IMG/VR virus record: IMGVR_UViG_2806310684_000002 | Location: 3,827 to 67,826 of that record | DNA length: 64,000 bases | Source of the DNA: a virus | Lineage: Duplodnaviria; Caudoviricetes | Direction: 5' to 3' (one strand) | Shown: positions 17,205 to 27,510 of the stretch, in pieces | Numbering within the stretch: the stretch's first letter is position 1 | Layout of the letters: the number at the start of each line of letters is the position of its first letter | The notes under the pieces: model-generated | Database searches by the model: none | Told to the model about the DNA's origin: nothing | Seen by the model: the letters and a program-made list of their open reading frames with translations, nothing else | Made by a program: the position numbers and the translations under genes

Positions 17205-18057
17205 CAAAGAATACAAGGAAGTTTCTAAAGAACTAATCATGGCATTAACTGAAATGTACATGCGTTTAGAAAAGAATGGTGAGTTATCTTACTCGGATGC
17301 TGTCCGTTTCAATGACATCACCAGACTGAAACAGAATGTGGTGTATGAAATCACCGCATTAGTTGAGGTGAACAAGGAAAGAGTTCTAACTATTTTGGAT
17401 GAAACATATTTTCTTTCCTATGCTTACATGAGCTATGTCATCGAAAAAGAGAGCTCAGCTATTTTGAAAGCTGTAACGCCTGATATGCCGAGGCTTCAAC
17501 AACAATTATTTGATAATCCTATCCGCGGGTTAAAGCTGGAGCCGGCATTGGAACGTGATCGCAGGATGATTGTATCGGATATCAATAGAGCTATTGAAAG
17601 AGGCTTGATTGATGGGAAAACCTACGGTTCTATCGCGAAGAACATCCAAGAAGTATTTGAAAGCAGTTTTAAACGTGCTGTTAATATTGCGCATACAGAA
17701 ACACATCGTGTTAGGGAACAGGCTACTCATGAGAGTGCTATGAATGCAGACAGGCAGGGCGTTAAGATGGTGAAGATATGGCGTAACATGGCTGATGAAA
17801 GGGTTAGGAAAAAGAAACAGGCCAACCATCGTTCTATGGAAGGTCAGACAAAGCCGGTGAGTGAGCCATATGAGTTAAAACCATCTGGTCAAACCGATTC
17901 CCCCGGTAACAGTAGGATAGCCTCACAGGACATACGCTGTCGGTGTTATTCCTCGCATAGGGTCAGTCATCTTGAAGGGGCAATACCTAAAAAACCTGTC
18001 ATATCTGATTTTGACGGTTGGTTGATGGAAAGAACACCTGAATTAGTACCAATTTAA
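17125..18057 (+). CDS. Minor head protein (SPP1 gp7/Mu F-like)
   Basis: IAHTETHRV..KIW..DERVR..H..DIRCRC. Confidence 0.88.
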   Translation: MDKWDQHLQDLQKRLNKKEKKLLRQINKEYKEVSKELIMALTEMYMRLEKNGELSYSDAVRFNDITRLKQNVVYEITALVEVNKERVLTILDETYFLSYAYMSYVIEKESSAILKAVTPDMPRLQQQLFDNPIRGLKLEPALERDRRMIVSDINRAIERGLIDGKTYGSIAKNIQEVFESSFKRAVNIAHTETHRVREQATHESAMNADRQGVKMVKIWRNMADERVRKKKQANHRSMEGQTKPVSEPYELKPSGQTDSPGNSRIASQDIRCRCYSSHRVSHLEGAIPKKPVISDFDGWLMERTPELVPI

Positions 18058-18216
18058 AAGGGGTGAAAGTGTGAAAACTTGACATGAATATACAAGATTT
18101 TATGCAAAGAAATAAATCGTGAAATCCAGTAAAATCAACAGAAAAATTTCTGTATATTTACTGTAAATTTTCACCATGAAAAAAGGTAGGTGTAACAAGG
18201 GTTTATAAAAGTATAA

Positions 18217-18244
18217 ACTTCCTATTATGTCTATTATGTTAACT
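18217..18244. other. dif-like Xer recombination site
   Basis: ACTTCCTATTA-TGTCTA-TTATGTTAACT versus B. subtilis dif ACTTCCTAGAA-TATATA-TTATGTAAACT. Confidence 0.8.
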
Positions 18245-18297
18245 AGAATGTATAGGAAATGAATGCGATATACACATTTAAAAGGAGGTCAAAGAGC

Positions 18298-18504
18298 ATG
18301 AAACTAACGCGAACCATGGGCCAATTATCCGAAGTTTTAGAAGGTCCCCCGGAGGAATTGGATGAATATCTTAAATTGGAGGATAAAAGAAATGAATTTC
18401 CGAAAGAAGTTTCGAAGGATGAAGTGGCATTAGGGTTAAGAAAAGAAATTGATAAAGTGTTTAAGCATTTAGATGATTCATTCAATAAACAAACGTTCTC
18501 TTAA
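18298..18504 (+). CDS. Small hypothetical protein downstream of the dif-like site
   Basis: RBS AAGGAGG. Confidence 0.65.
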   Translation: MKLTRTMGQLSEVLEGPPEELDEYLKLEDKRNEFPKEVSKDEVALGLRKEIDKVFKHLDDSFNKQTFS

Positions 18505-18608
18505 ATTTAATAATGTAATTGATAGGAGCCATTGGGGGTCCTTTTTTTATTTAATAAAACATTGCACTTGCTGGGCTTAGGAACTGTAAGGGCGATAGGA
18601 GGATACAA

Positions 18609-19208
18609 ATGAATTTAGAGGATATCAGGTCATATTTAGTACAAAACAAAGACAATCAAGACGTTCGTGAGTTTGTGAATGGACTTAACCCGGTCACTAT
18701 TGACAGAGTAAAGGACTTTGCAACTGTGAATGATGATGGTCGTAATTGGTTACAGAGTCAGAAGGATTCTTTTTTCAGTTCTAGTTTAGATACATGGAAG
18801 AAGAATAATCTGGATGAAGTTGTAATGGGCAAAGTGAAAGAATTATACCCAGAGGAAACAGAGGAACAAAAACGGATTCGTTTGCTCGAGCAAAAGCTTG
18901 AGGAAGCTGAAAAGAAAGAACAACGCGAGACATTGCGCAACAAAGCTTTGTCATTAGCTACCGAAAAGGAATTGCCTACCTCATTGGTTGATTTCTTCTT
19001 AGGTGAAGATGAGGAAAAGACAATCGCTAACCTTGCTAAGTTGGAAGATACGTTTAATCCATATATTGAATCTAAAGTTGAACAACGCTTTAAGGATACA
19101 GGACGTAAGTTCCAAAAAGGTTCTAATGGGGATAACAGCATCGCCACAGATATTGCTAAACAAAGAAATGAGCAACAACAAACATCACAAAATAATGCTT
19201 GGGGTTAA
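18609..19208 (+). CDS. Capsid scaffolding protein (DUF4355-like)
   Basis: TWKKNNL..PEETEEQKRIR; position before the capsid genes. Confidence 0.85.
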   Translation: MNLEDIRSYLVQNKDNQDVREFVNGLNPVTIDRVKDFATVNDDGRNWLQSQKDSFFSSSLDTWKKNNLDEVVMGKVKELYPEETEEQKRIRLLEQKLEEAEKKEQRETLRNKALSLATEKELPTSLVDFFLGEDEEKTIANLAKLEDTFNPYIESKVEQRFKDTGRKFQKGSNGDNSIATDIAKQRNEQQQTSQNNAWG

Positions 19209-19224
19209 GAAAGGGGAATTTTAA

Positions 19225-19539
19225 ATGCCGTATTATAAAAATCTAGGTCCATTTACTGAAATTAACTTTTTGGCATCAGCTAAATATCAAACATTCACTA
19301 CACAAGTTAGTGATACGGGTGTGGTAGCAGATGCAAATGGAAGAAAAATCGTGAAGGCTGGTACAATCCTTCCTGCCAACGATGCAACAGCAGCGGGTAT
19401 CTTGTTTAATGAAGTTGATGTAACGAACGGACCACAACCAGGATCTTTAATGGTCGAAGGATATGTCCATGAAGCACGTTTACCGGTTGCTCCAGCAGCT
19501 GCAGCAAAAACAGCACTTAAAGAAATCAAGTTCCGTTAA
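19225..19539 (+). CDS. Head decoration protein
   Basis: RKIVKAGTILP..GILFNEVDVT. Confidence 0.75.
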   Translation: MPYYKNLGPFTEINFLASAKYQTFTTQVSDTGVVADANGRKIVKAGTILPANDATAAGILFNEVDVTNGPQPGSLMVEGYVHEARLPVAPAAAAKTALKEIKFR

Positions 19540-19564
19540 GGGATAAAGAAAAGGGGATAAAAAT

Positions 19565-20587
19565 ATGCCAACTATTGCAGAGCTTTTTAGTAAAAAGGAA
19601 TTAATCACATACATGATGAACCGCCAGTATCCAACATTACTTGGGGAACAACTTTTCCCAGAAGTAAAAAGAGATACATTGGAATTTGACCAAATTAAAG
19701 GTGCGAGCCGTGTTCCTGTAATCGCAAGCGTTCATGCTTTCGATACTGAAGCAGAAATCGGCAGCCGCGAAGCAAGCAGACAAGCGCTAGAACTTGCTTA
19801 CGTTAAAAGGAAGATGCAACTAAAGGAGAAGGATCTATACGCTCTACAACGTCCGCGTGACGCTAAAGAACAGCAGTATCTAACATCCCTTGTTTACAAC
19901 GATATCGACCAAATGGCTGCAAGCTTACGGGCTAGAGCGGAAGCGATGAGGATGGAAGCCTTAGCTAAAGGTATTGTTACTCTTGAAGGAGAAAAGGGGA
20001 ATCTTGGAATTGTTGATTACCAAGTGCCTTCAGCTAACAAGCAAGCGTTGTCAGGTACTTCGTTGTGGACTGATCCAACATCAGATCCTCTTAATGATAT
20101 TCTGCGGTGGGGAACAACATTAAATGGTATGGGTACTCGCGCTTTAACATCGACTGCAGTGCTGCAAACATTGCTTCGTCATCCTAAAGTGCTGGGCGCA
20201 ATCTATGGACAAAATTCCGGACGCGTCCTTTCCGTATCTGAATTTAATGCATGGATGCAACAACAAAACCTTCCTACGATTGCAACTTACGACCAAGTTT
20301 ATCGTAAACAGCAAGCTAATGGGACTTATGTACAAAACCGTTATTTCCCTCTAAATTCATTCGTTATGTTTGGCAATGAAGCACTTGGAGAAACAATCTA
20401 TGGACCGACTCCGGAGGAATTACGCTTAATCAATGATCCTAGCGTTGATACATCCAATATCGGGAATCTATACGCGATGGTTTATGAATCTGGCCTTGAT
20501 CCTGTTGGAACTTGGAAAAAGGTTTCTGGCGTTTACCTGCCATCATTCCCTGCAGCTGATGAAGTGTTCCAAGCAACAGTTATTTAA
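19565..20587 (+). CDS. Major capsid protein (phage cap E family)
   Basis: LGEQLFP..AFDTEAEIGSR..LGETIYGPTPEE. Confidence 0.9.
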   Translation: MPTIAELFSKKELITYMMNRQYPTLLGEQLFPEVKRDTLEFDQIKGASRVPVIASVHAFDTEAEIGSREASRQALELAYVKRKMQLKEKDLYALQRPRDAKEQQYLTSLVYNDIDQMAASLRARAEAMRMEALAKGIVTLEGEKGNLGIVDYQVPSANKQALSGTSLWTDPTSDPLNDILRWGTTLNGMGTRALTSTAVLQTLLRHPKVLGAIYGQNSGRVLSVSEFNAWMQQQNLPTIATYDQVYRKQQANGTYVQNRYFPLNSFVMFGNEALGETIYGPTPEELRLINDPSVDTSNIGNLYAMVYESGLDPVGTWKKVSGVYLPSFPAADEVFQATVI

Positions 20588-20611
20588 TTAATAAAGAGGA
20601 GGAATCGGTAT

Positions 20612-20764
20612 ATGGCAGCAGAAAAGAAAGATAAAATAATCAAAGTAAAGGTGAAAGAAATCCCTGTTCTCCATAATGGAGATGACTTTCAGCCAGGAAA
20701 AACATATGAGATCGAGGAAAAGCATTTTAATGAGAGCCTGTTTGAGAAAATAGAAAAAGAGTAG
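20612..20764 (+). CDS. Small head-associated protein
   Basis: RBS GGAGG; 50 aa directly after the capsid gene. Confidence 0.6.
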   Translation: MAAEKKDKIIKVKVKEIPVLHNGDDFQPGKTYEIEEKHFNESLFEKIEKE

Positions 20765-20772
20765 GTGTTGTT

Positions 20773-21150
20773 ATGACACTATCAGAATTAAAACAACTCA
20801 TGGGGATAGCGGCTGAGGATACAACTCAGGATGCTATCCTTTCTCTTTATCTGGAGTCAGCCCTAGATGATGCGAAAACATATGCAGATAAATTGGATTG
20901 GACGACTGGATCATTACCTGGTGCGATCAAGTTAGGGATAGTGAGATGGGCGGAATTAGCTCAAGTCCGAAAGGAACGTTCCGGCATACAAAGCGAAAGC
21001 ATTGGCGGAATGAGTCAAACATTCTTAAATGGTTCCGGTGATGAGTATTTTTCGGAAGTTTATGATTTTTGGAAGCCATACCATACAGTTAACAATGGCT
21101 TGGTATTTCGTACTGCTAAACATCCAAAACCGAGAGTTGGCTATATATGA
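20773..21150 (+). CDS. Head-tail connector protein
   Basis: LSELKQLMGI..GIQSESIGGMSQTF. Confidence 0.8.
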   Translation: MTLSELKQLMGIAAEDTTQDAILSLYLESALDDAKTYADKLDWTTGSLPGAIKLGIVRWAELAQVRKERSGIQSESIGGMSQTFLNGSGDEYFSEVYDFWKPYHTVNNGLVFRTAKHPKPRVGYI

Positions 21151-21647
21151 GGATTCGCATAAAGGATAAAAACCGTATACCTCAAGCCATTAAAAAGGTG
21201 GAAGATCTAAACGGCAGCAAGATAAACGCTGGTGTCCTTGGAGAGGGCGAACAGCAGATGATTGCTGGTGTGCATGAGTATGGTATTCAAATTAATGTAA
21301 CGCCTAAAATGAGGGGCTTCTTGGCTTCTAAAGGGCTCCATCTTAAAAAGAGCACAACTCACATTACAATCCCTGAGCGTTCTTTTATTCGATCTGGTTG
21401 GGATGCTCACGAAAAGGAAGTTCTGGATAAATCCGATCAGATGATTCCGGACTTGATTGCCAAAGGATTATCTGTTGAAACCTTCTTAGAGGCATTAGGT
21501 CAAGAGTCTCGGGATTTGCTTAGAGACTATGCTAGGGATCTAAGGAATCCAGCAAACCACCCTTTCACCATTGATCAAAAAGGCTCGAGTAATCCATTAG
21601 TGGATAGTGGCGGTATGATTGGAGCGATTACGTATGAAATCCTTTAG
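21147..21647 (+). CDS. Neck / tail completion protein
   Basis: IAGVHEYG..IPERSFIR..KGSSNPLVDSG. Confidence 0.8.
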   Translation: MRIRIKDKNRIPQAIKKVEDLNGSKINAGVLGEGEQQMIAGVHEYGIQINVTPKMRGFLASKGLHLKKSTTHITIPERSFIRSGWDAHEKEVLDKSDQMIPDLIAKGLSVETFLEALGQESRDLLRDYARDLRNPANHPFTIDQKGSSNPLVDSGGMIGAITYEIL

Positions 21648-22008
21648 GTTTCAATCACTAATCAAAAAATATACTGTCTTTTTCACCATTGAATATCCCG
21701 AAAATCAGAATGTCTCTATGAATCCTGAAGATTATGACAATCTAGGGAAATACATTGGCCCTGAAATTCCAGAAGGTCCACAGTCATCTAGTGGAGCTCT
21801 GATGCCTCCTAACGATAGACAGGTGTATAACAGTGGTGGAAGGATTACAACGTCTGACAGGATGCTATATTCATTAAATACGAACATCCCGGAAGGGAGT
21901 TTAATTCGTTACAAGGGCAAGAGTTATCAAGTGATGCCTCGTTCTAATTTCGAGGACTTTGCTGACTTCTCCCTATACGAATGCAAGGCGGTGGATACCA
22001 TTGATTGA
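21634..22008 (+). CDS. Head closure-like protein
   Basis: Synteny; ORF track. Confidence 0.6.
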   Translation: MKSFRFQSLIKKYTVFFTIEYPENQNVSMNPEDYDNLGKYIGPEIPEGPQSSSGALMPPNDRQVYNSGGRITTSDRMLYSLNTNIPEGSLIRYKGKSYQVMPRSNFEDFADFSLYECKAVDTID

Positions 22009-22459
22009 TTATGAATCTATCGTAAAATCTGTTAATGCAGAGATCCGGAAGGAAACAAATTGCATACCTCGAGAACAAGAGGCTGTTACCAAACAACCTA
22101 AATATCCATTCTTCACATATTCCATCATCAGTCCGTATCTGAATGCCAAGGTGTTTAGGGATGGCAACTCACATATTGAGGAGGTAGAAATAGTCATTTC
22201 CATAACCTTTTACTCCTTAAAATCATTTGAGGTTATGTCATTGGCTCAGCGGTCAGCAACCATGCTGAAATCAACAGCAACCAGACAAATCCTTTATGAT
22301 AAAGGGATAACCGTTGTGAGGATTGATGATTTAAATAAACGAGACAATTTCATAAGCATTGAAACAGAACGGAGAGCGGGCTTTGATTTGCGTATCCGTA
22401 TTAGACATTCAGAAACAAAATCGTTTGATCACATTGAAACGATAACTATAGGGGGTTAG
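22001..22459 (+). CDS. Tail terminator-like protein
   Basis: PKYPFFTYSIISPY; precedes the sheath gene. Confidence 0.7.
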   Translation: MIDYESIVKSVNAEIRKETNCIPREQEAVTKQPKYPFFTYSIISPYLNAKVFRDGNSHIEEVEIVISITFYSLKSFEVMSLAQRSATMLKSTATRQILYDKGITVVRIDDLNKRDNFISIETERRAGFDLRIRIRHSETKSFDHIETITIGG

Positions 22460-22462
22460 GAT

Positions 22463-23446
22463 ATGCCATTAACTGACGTTAAAGTAACGATTAATGTCGC
22501 AAGTCCCGCGCCTAAAATAGGGCTGGGGCGTCCTGTTATTTTTGTTCAAAAGACAGGGGCAGCAGATTACAAAGAATATTCAACTTTGTCTGCCTTGCAA
22601 GCGGATTACGCAGTAGGAACAGCGGTGGAAGCGAAAGCAGGAGCCATCTTTAAACAAGATAACCGGCCGGATAAAGTGGCGGTTGCTACGTATGCCACAG
22701 ATATTAAAACATCTATGGCTCTTTTTTATGGCCGTGAATGGCATTTTGCACTTGTGGCAAATGACCTGGCAGCGGATCAACTTGCAGCGGCAACGTTCAT
22801 GAATGATAAGGATTTTAAATTCTTGGCGGTTCAAGTTAATACGGATGCAAACCGTAAAGCGCTAAAAACCAAAAAACGTACTATTATTTTTGATCATACC
22901 ATTGCTGGAGAACATTTAGATGCGGCAGCAGTTGGTGATTTAGGTTCACAAACAGTTGGATCGGTTACCTGGAAGTTTAAGAGCCTTAAAGGTATTACCG
23001 GTAGATACTTAAATGAAACAGAAATTAATACCATTGATGGAGATTTCGCCATTGCATATGTGGTTAAAGGCGGGCGCGGCCAATTATCAGAAGGCTGGTT
23101 TGCTGACGGATCTTACATCGATGATTTACATGGGCAGGATTGGATTAAGGCAGATATGGAAAATGAAATTTCCTACACGCTGGGGAATACTCCGAAAACT
23201 CCTTTTGACGCCAGAGGAATTGGTGCTATCGAGGCGGCCATGACTACTACATTGCAAAGAGGATTCAACAACGGAATCGTTGCCGTGTTAGAAGGCGGTC
23301 TACCTGATTATTCAGTCACTACCCTTCCGAGAGATCAAGTTGATATACAAGATCGGGCGTTACGTGTATATCGGGGAGGCTCCTTCGAATATGGCAGAAG
23401 CGGAGGCATCCATGAAGCAAGAGTTACAGGGGTTGTAAATATTTAA
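22463..23446 (+). CDS. Tail sheath protein (DUF3383-like)
   Basis: LTDVKVTI..VGSVTWKFKSLKG..YIDDLHGQDWIK. Confidence 0.88.
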   Translation: MPLTDVKVTINVASPAPKIGLGRPVIFVQKTGAADYKEYSTLSALQADYAVGTAVEAKAGAIFKQDNRPDKVAVATYATDIKTSMALFYGREWHFALVANDLAADQLAAATFMNDKDFKFLAVQVNTDANRKALKTKKRTIIFDHTIAGEHLDAAAVGDLGSQTVGSVTWKFKSLKGITGRYLNETEINTIDGDFAIAYVVKGGRGQLSEGWFADGSYIDDLHGQDWIKADMENEISYTLGNTPKTPFDARGIGAIEAAMTTTLQRGFNNGIVAVLEGGLPDYSVTTLPRDQVDIQDRALRVYRGGSFEYGRSGGIHEARVTGVVNI

Positions 23447-23463
23447 TGACAGGAGGTAAAGGG

Positions 23464-23889
23464 ATGTTAAAACTAGATTTGCAGTTTTTTGCTAATTCAT
23501 ACACGTTTGATGCTTCGCAGTCAAGCTGTGTAGTGGATGGAAGATTCATAAATGATTTCGCAGAAGGAGACGCGGTTAAATGGGAGAGGGAAGAGGATAA
23601 CTTCGAGCCTAAAGTTGGTGTTACCGGGGCAGTTGGTATTACAAAGAAAAATAACAATATCGGGAGAATCACCCTTCTCATTATGCAAGGCTCGCCGGAG
23701 GTTACTTTCTTGAAGAGTTTGGCGAATTCTGGTAAACAGTTTCCGATATGGGTTAATACAGGTGGTGCTAATAGTGAGAAAATCGGCGGTTCGAATGCAA
23801 TGGTGTTAAAAACCCCAGAAGGCTCCATTGCGGATGAAACGGGTGAAAGAGAATTTGAAGTAATGGTATTTGATTATACAGACGTTTAA
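23464..23889 (+). CDS. Tail tube protein (DUF3277-like)
   Basis: Follows the sheath gene; GRITLLIMQGSP. Confidence 0.8.
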   Translation: MLKLDLQFFANSYTFDASQSSCVVDGRFINDFAEGDAVKWEREEDNFEPKVGVTGAVGITKKNNNIGRITLLIMQGSPEVTFLKSLANSGKQFPIWVNTGGANSEKIGGSNAMVLKTPEGSIADETGEREFEVMVFDYTDV

Positions 23890-23973
23890 GGGGACAGTTC
23901 GCTGTCCTTTTTTTAGGAGGTTTCTTAATTGAAAAAAGCAAGGCACAACTCAAATAAAAGGGAGATGTTATAT

Positions 23974-24246
23974 ATGGCAACAAAAGCAGGAAGTCAAAAA
24001 GAATTTATTGTTACTAATGAACAAGGGGAAGAAACAAAATACTTATTCCAACATCCAGGTGTTAAAGGCGGCGTGCAGCTTAGAGGACGCGCAAAAGATA
24101 TGAATGGAAATTTAGACGAGGAAAAATACTACGGTGAATTAATGTCTAAGGTCATTGTTCAGCCTAAAGTGAATTGGGATTACTGGGAAGAAAATGAGGG
24201 GTTCCAAGAGGTGATGAAAGAAGCAAGTACATTTCTTATGGGCTAA
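23974..24246 (+). CDS. Tail assembly chaperone
   Basis: YLFQHPG..VIVQPK; between the tube and tape measure genes. Confidence 0.75.
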   Translation: MATKAGSQKEFIVTNEQGEETKYLFQHPGVKGGVQLRGRAKDMNGNLDEEKYYGELMSKVIVQPKVNWDYWEENEGFQEVMKEASTFLMG

Positions 24247-24451
24247 CTTTCCTAAAAACCCCTGGAAGGTCATTGTGGAGGAACCAGGGGAATGGATGCG
24301 TTGGCGATTAGTAATGGCTGAAGATTGCAATGTGAGTGTGACGGAAGCATTGGCAATGGATGATATCACGTTATCAATTGCCAATGCAGCACTCGACAAG
24401 ATGATAAAGATAAAAAATGACGCGATGAAGACGAAAGGGAAAGGACGGTGA
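24233..24451 (+). CDS. Frameshift extension of the tail assembly chaperone (+1 frame)
   Basis: Open +1 frame from TTTC at 24232: FLWANFPKNPW..IANAALDK..GR. Confidence 0.55.
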   Translation, partial: FLWANFPKNPWKVIVEEPGEWMRWRLVMAEDCNVSVTEALAMDDITLSIANAALDKMIKIKNDAMKTKGKGR

Positions 24452-24455
24452 AAAG

Positions 24456-26948
24456 ATGTCGGTACGTGAAACCCACATCCTGATTGATGTTATAGCAAAT
24501 GCAGATCCATTGAAGGATATGAACAATGCGATCAATGACACAATCAGGCAAACAAAACAAATTGACGCCGATCCTTTCAGAGATTTAAACGATGAAATGC
24601 GTAGAGGGACGAAATATTCTCATAAGATGCGTGAAAGTTACTACGGTTTAACGGATGAATCCCGGCGAATGTTGCACGAAATGAAATACGGTTGGCAGAA
24701 AAACAATAAAGAATTCCTAAAACACAAAAATGACTTGATAAAGGCTAAGTATGGATATTTCGAACTTGCGAAAGCAAGCGGTGATTATAAAGGAACCACA
24801 CAAGATTTAATGCGGGACGTACAGAGATTAGGAAAAATTCATAAAGATGCAACAGACAATATGATCAACAATAATAAAAGGGTTCTTCAAGGTATGTATC
24901 AACAAGCTGGAACCTTTATGAATATGACAACACAAGCAAAACGGATTAGTGAAAATTACGATAGAATGAACAATCCGTTACTTTTGGTAAATAAAAATTC
25001 ATTAAGAGCGGCAGACGGTTTGAATCGGTTAGCTAACCGAGGAAACGCTGCCGTTTTAGCTTTATCCATGTTAGGACCAAACGCTGGGATTAAGAAGCTT
25101 AGAGATATGACCATGATGATTAATCAAGGGATGATCCGTATGACGCACGTTGCCATTGGTGCGGCTATATCTACCGGACTTTTAGCTTATGCATTAACCA
25201 AACTAGCATTTGGGGCCAAGCCTTCGGAGGTATTTCAAGAGCAAGCGGCAGCGTTGGCAGAATACCGGGATGCCGTTAAAAGTAGAACAACAGAAATTGC
25301 CGAAGCTTGGGGGATATTCGAAAACATCCAATTGACGAAGACAAGCGGCGGGCAACTTACCAAGAATTTGCAAGAACAAGTAAATGCAATGACTCAATGG
25401 AAGGACAACCTAGGGAAGATAACACAAGTGGCGGGCAAAGAATTTGCGGATTACTTATCTTCGCTAGGACCTACAGCAGCGGGTGAGGTAGCTGCTATTT
25501 CTAAAATGTCCGAACCAGAATTGACAAAATACGTTGATTTGTGGCGACAAAAAATGGGCCTATCTAAACAAGTGGCTGTTACAGAACTTGAAGGTTTAAA
25601 ACTAGAGACGGATAAGAAAATAAAAGAACTTCAAAGCACATTAAAGCCTTTTGGATTAGCGTGGGAGCAATTAAAACAAACAGCTATTCAAGCCATTCAA
25701 CCAATGGTTACAGCTTTCACAATGGTTATGGTCCCCATTATGAATTTCCTTAATGCGGTAGGACAATTAGTGATTAAGTTTAACGAATTGCATCCGGCGG
25801 CTGCGTTAGTTATTCAGGCAATATTGATGTTAATTCCAGTTCTAACCTTGCTGTTATCTCCGTTAGCGGCAGGTATTGGGTTGATTGCAGGATTTAAGGC
25901 GGCCCTAGCTTTTGTAGCACCTTTCATTATGCCGTTAATAACTGGATTGGCAGCAATGAGTTCGACCGTTTGGTTAGTCGCAGCTGCGTTAGTTGCAGCT
26001 ACCGCCGGTATCATTTGGCTATGGAATAACGTTCAATGGTTCCGAGATGGGGTGACAGCAGCTTGGGAGTGGATTAAAACCAATACAATAGCAGCTTGGG
26101 CTATCATTTCCGCGTCTTTGCAACAGGCAATTTCAGCAATCTCTATATTTGTCTCTGCAAAACTAGCAGAGATTAAGGCGTTTTGGTCGGCGCATGGTAC
26201 CGAAATTATGGCTGTAGTCAATGTATACATGAACATGGTGAGAGGTTATATTTCCGTTGGGATGGCCTTAATTAAAACGGTTTTCTCTGTTGGGTGGACG
26301 TTGATCACAAGTGTTATCCGTGTTGCCTGGGAACTTATTAAGTTAGTAATAAATAATTCAATTGCTGTTATTACCGGGCTTTTATCTGCAGCGATGGCAA
26401 TTATCCAAGGTGATTGGGAAGGTGCATGGACAGCAATTAAGGGAACAGCAGAATCTATATGGCATAACATTGAAGCCTTTTTTGCCGCAATCGATTTAAC
26501 ATCCATCGGTAAAAATATTATTCAAGGTCTAATTAATGGTATTAGTTCAATGGCTGGAGCAGCATTGAGCGCCGCCAAAGGGGTAGCCGAAAGTATCAAG
26601 GGAGCTGTAACGGGAGCCTTAAATATCCATTCTCCTTCAAGAGTTATGTTTGAATACGGTGGATTCGTTACAGAAGGTTTAGGTCTTGGTATTGAAGACG
26701 GAAATGATTACGTTAAGAAAATGGCGTTAGAAATGACTGGAGGAGTAATTCCTAACGAAAATTATTCACCGGGAACGGCGTCAGGTAGCACTGTAAGCAA
26801 TTCCAGGAGTTCTGTAACTCTAAGCCCTACCATTTACATTTCAGGAACTGGTGAAGACGGTAAGGGCATTAAAGATCAAGTGAAAGAGGTATTTGAAGAA
26901 ATGTTCGACCACCTCAACTTTCTTTATGAACCAGAGGGGGAATATTGA
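24456..26948 (+). CDS. Tape measure protein
   Basis: 830 aa, helical and Ala-rich with periodic Trp; IHSPSRV motif. Confidence 0.92.
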   Translation: MSVRETHILIDVIANADPLKDMNNAINDTIRQTKQIDADPFRDLNDEMRRGTKYSHKMRESYYGLTDESRRMLHEMKYGWQKNNKEFLKHKNDLIKAKYGYFELAKASGDYKGTTQDLMRDVQRLGKIHKDATDNMINNNKRVLQGMYQQAGTFMNMTTQAKRISENYDRMNNPLLLVNKNSLRAADGLNRLANRGNAAVLALSMLGPNAGIKKLRDMTMMINQGMIRMTHVAIGAAISTGLLAYALTKLAFGAKPSEVFQEQAAALAEYRDAVKSRTTEIAEAWGIFENIQLTKTSGGQLTKNLQEQVNAMTQWKDNLGKITQVAGKEFADYLSSLGPTAAGEVAAISKMSEPELTKYVDLWRQKMGLSKQVAVTELEGLKLETDKKIKELQSTLKPFGLAWEQLKQTAIQAIQPMVTAFTMVMVPIMNFLNAVGQLVIKFNELHPAAALVIQAILMLIPVLTLLLSPLAAGIGLIAGFKAALAFVAPFIMPLITGLAAMSSTVWLVAAALVAATAGIIWLWNNVQWFRDGVTAAWEWIKTNTIAAWAIISASLQQAISAISIFVSAKLAEIKAFWSAHGTEIMAVVNVYMNMVRGYISVGMALIKTVFSVGWTLITSVIRVAWELIKLVINNSIAVITGLLSAAMAIIQGDWEGAWTAIKGTAESIWHNIEAFFAAIDLTSIGKNIIQGLINGISSMAGAALSAAKGVAESIKGAVTGALNIHSPSRVMFEYGGFVTEGLGLGIEDGNDYVKKMALEMTGGVIPNENYSPGTASGSTVSNSRSSVTLSPTIYISGTGEDGKGIKDQVKEVFEEMFDHLNFLYEPEGEY

Positions 26949-27502
26949 TGGCTAAGCTTGATAATGTTTCCTTGTTTATAGAAACTGAAAATGAAAATTA
27001 CAAGGTAGATGTTACAGAATATGCCGTTGAGAAAGGGGAGCCGTTTACTGATCATGTTTCTAAACGGTCCCCAGAGTTTACTATAAGCGGATATATTCTT
27101 TCTTCTGACTATGAAACAAGTAAGAAGAAATTAATTTCCATAATGGAAAGCGGGAAAATCATAAAATATGTTGGGAAATTGAGTGCATCGAATGTAGTCA
27201 TCACAAACATTAGTGGCAAGCGGACTTCCAATGTTCAAAATGGAATGGGAATCGATATTTCACTAAGGCGAATTCGAATCTCCACAACCTCTTGGAAAAA
27301 GAAGCCCACAAATAATAGCGGCAAGAAAAAGCCGGTAAGTAAGAAAAAGCCAGCTAACAAAAACAAATACCATGTAACAAGAAAAGGAGATACGTATTGG
27401 GGATTAAGTAGAAAATACGGATCATCCATCCCACAACTTAGAAAATGGAATAAGTACCCTGACCGCCGAATCCCCATTGGGGTGAAATTAAGAGTGAAGT
27501 AG
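26948..27502 (+). CDS. LysM-domain tail/baseplate protein
   Basis: YHVTRKGDTYWGLSRKYG..IPIGVKLRV. Confidence 0.88.
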   Translation: MAKLDNVSLFIETENENYKVDVTEYAVEKGEPFTDHVSKRSPEFTISGYILSSDYETSKKKLISIMESGKIIKYVGKLSASNVVITNISGKRTSNVQNGMGIDISLRRIRISTTSWKKKPTNNSGKKKPVSKKKPANKNKYHVTRKGDTYWGLSRKYGSSIPQLRKWNKYPDRRIPIGVKLRVK

Positions 27503-27510
27503 GTGAATAG

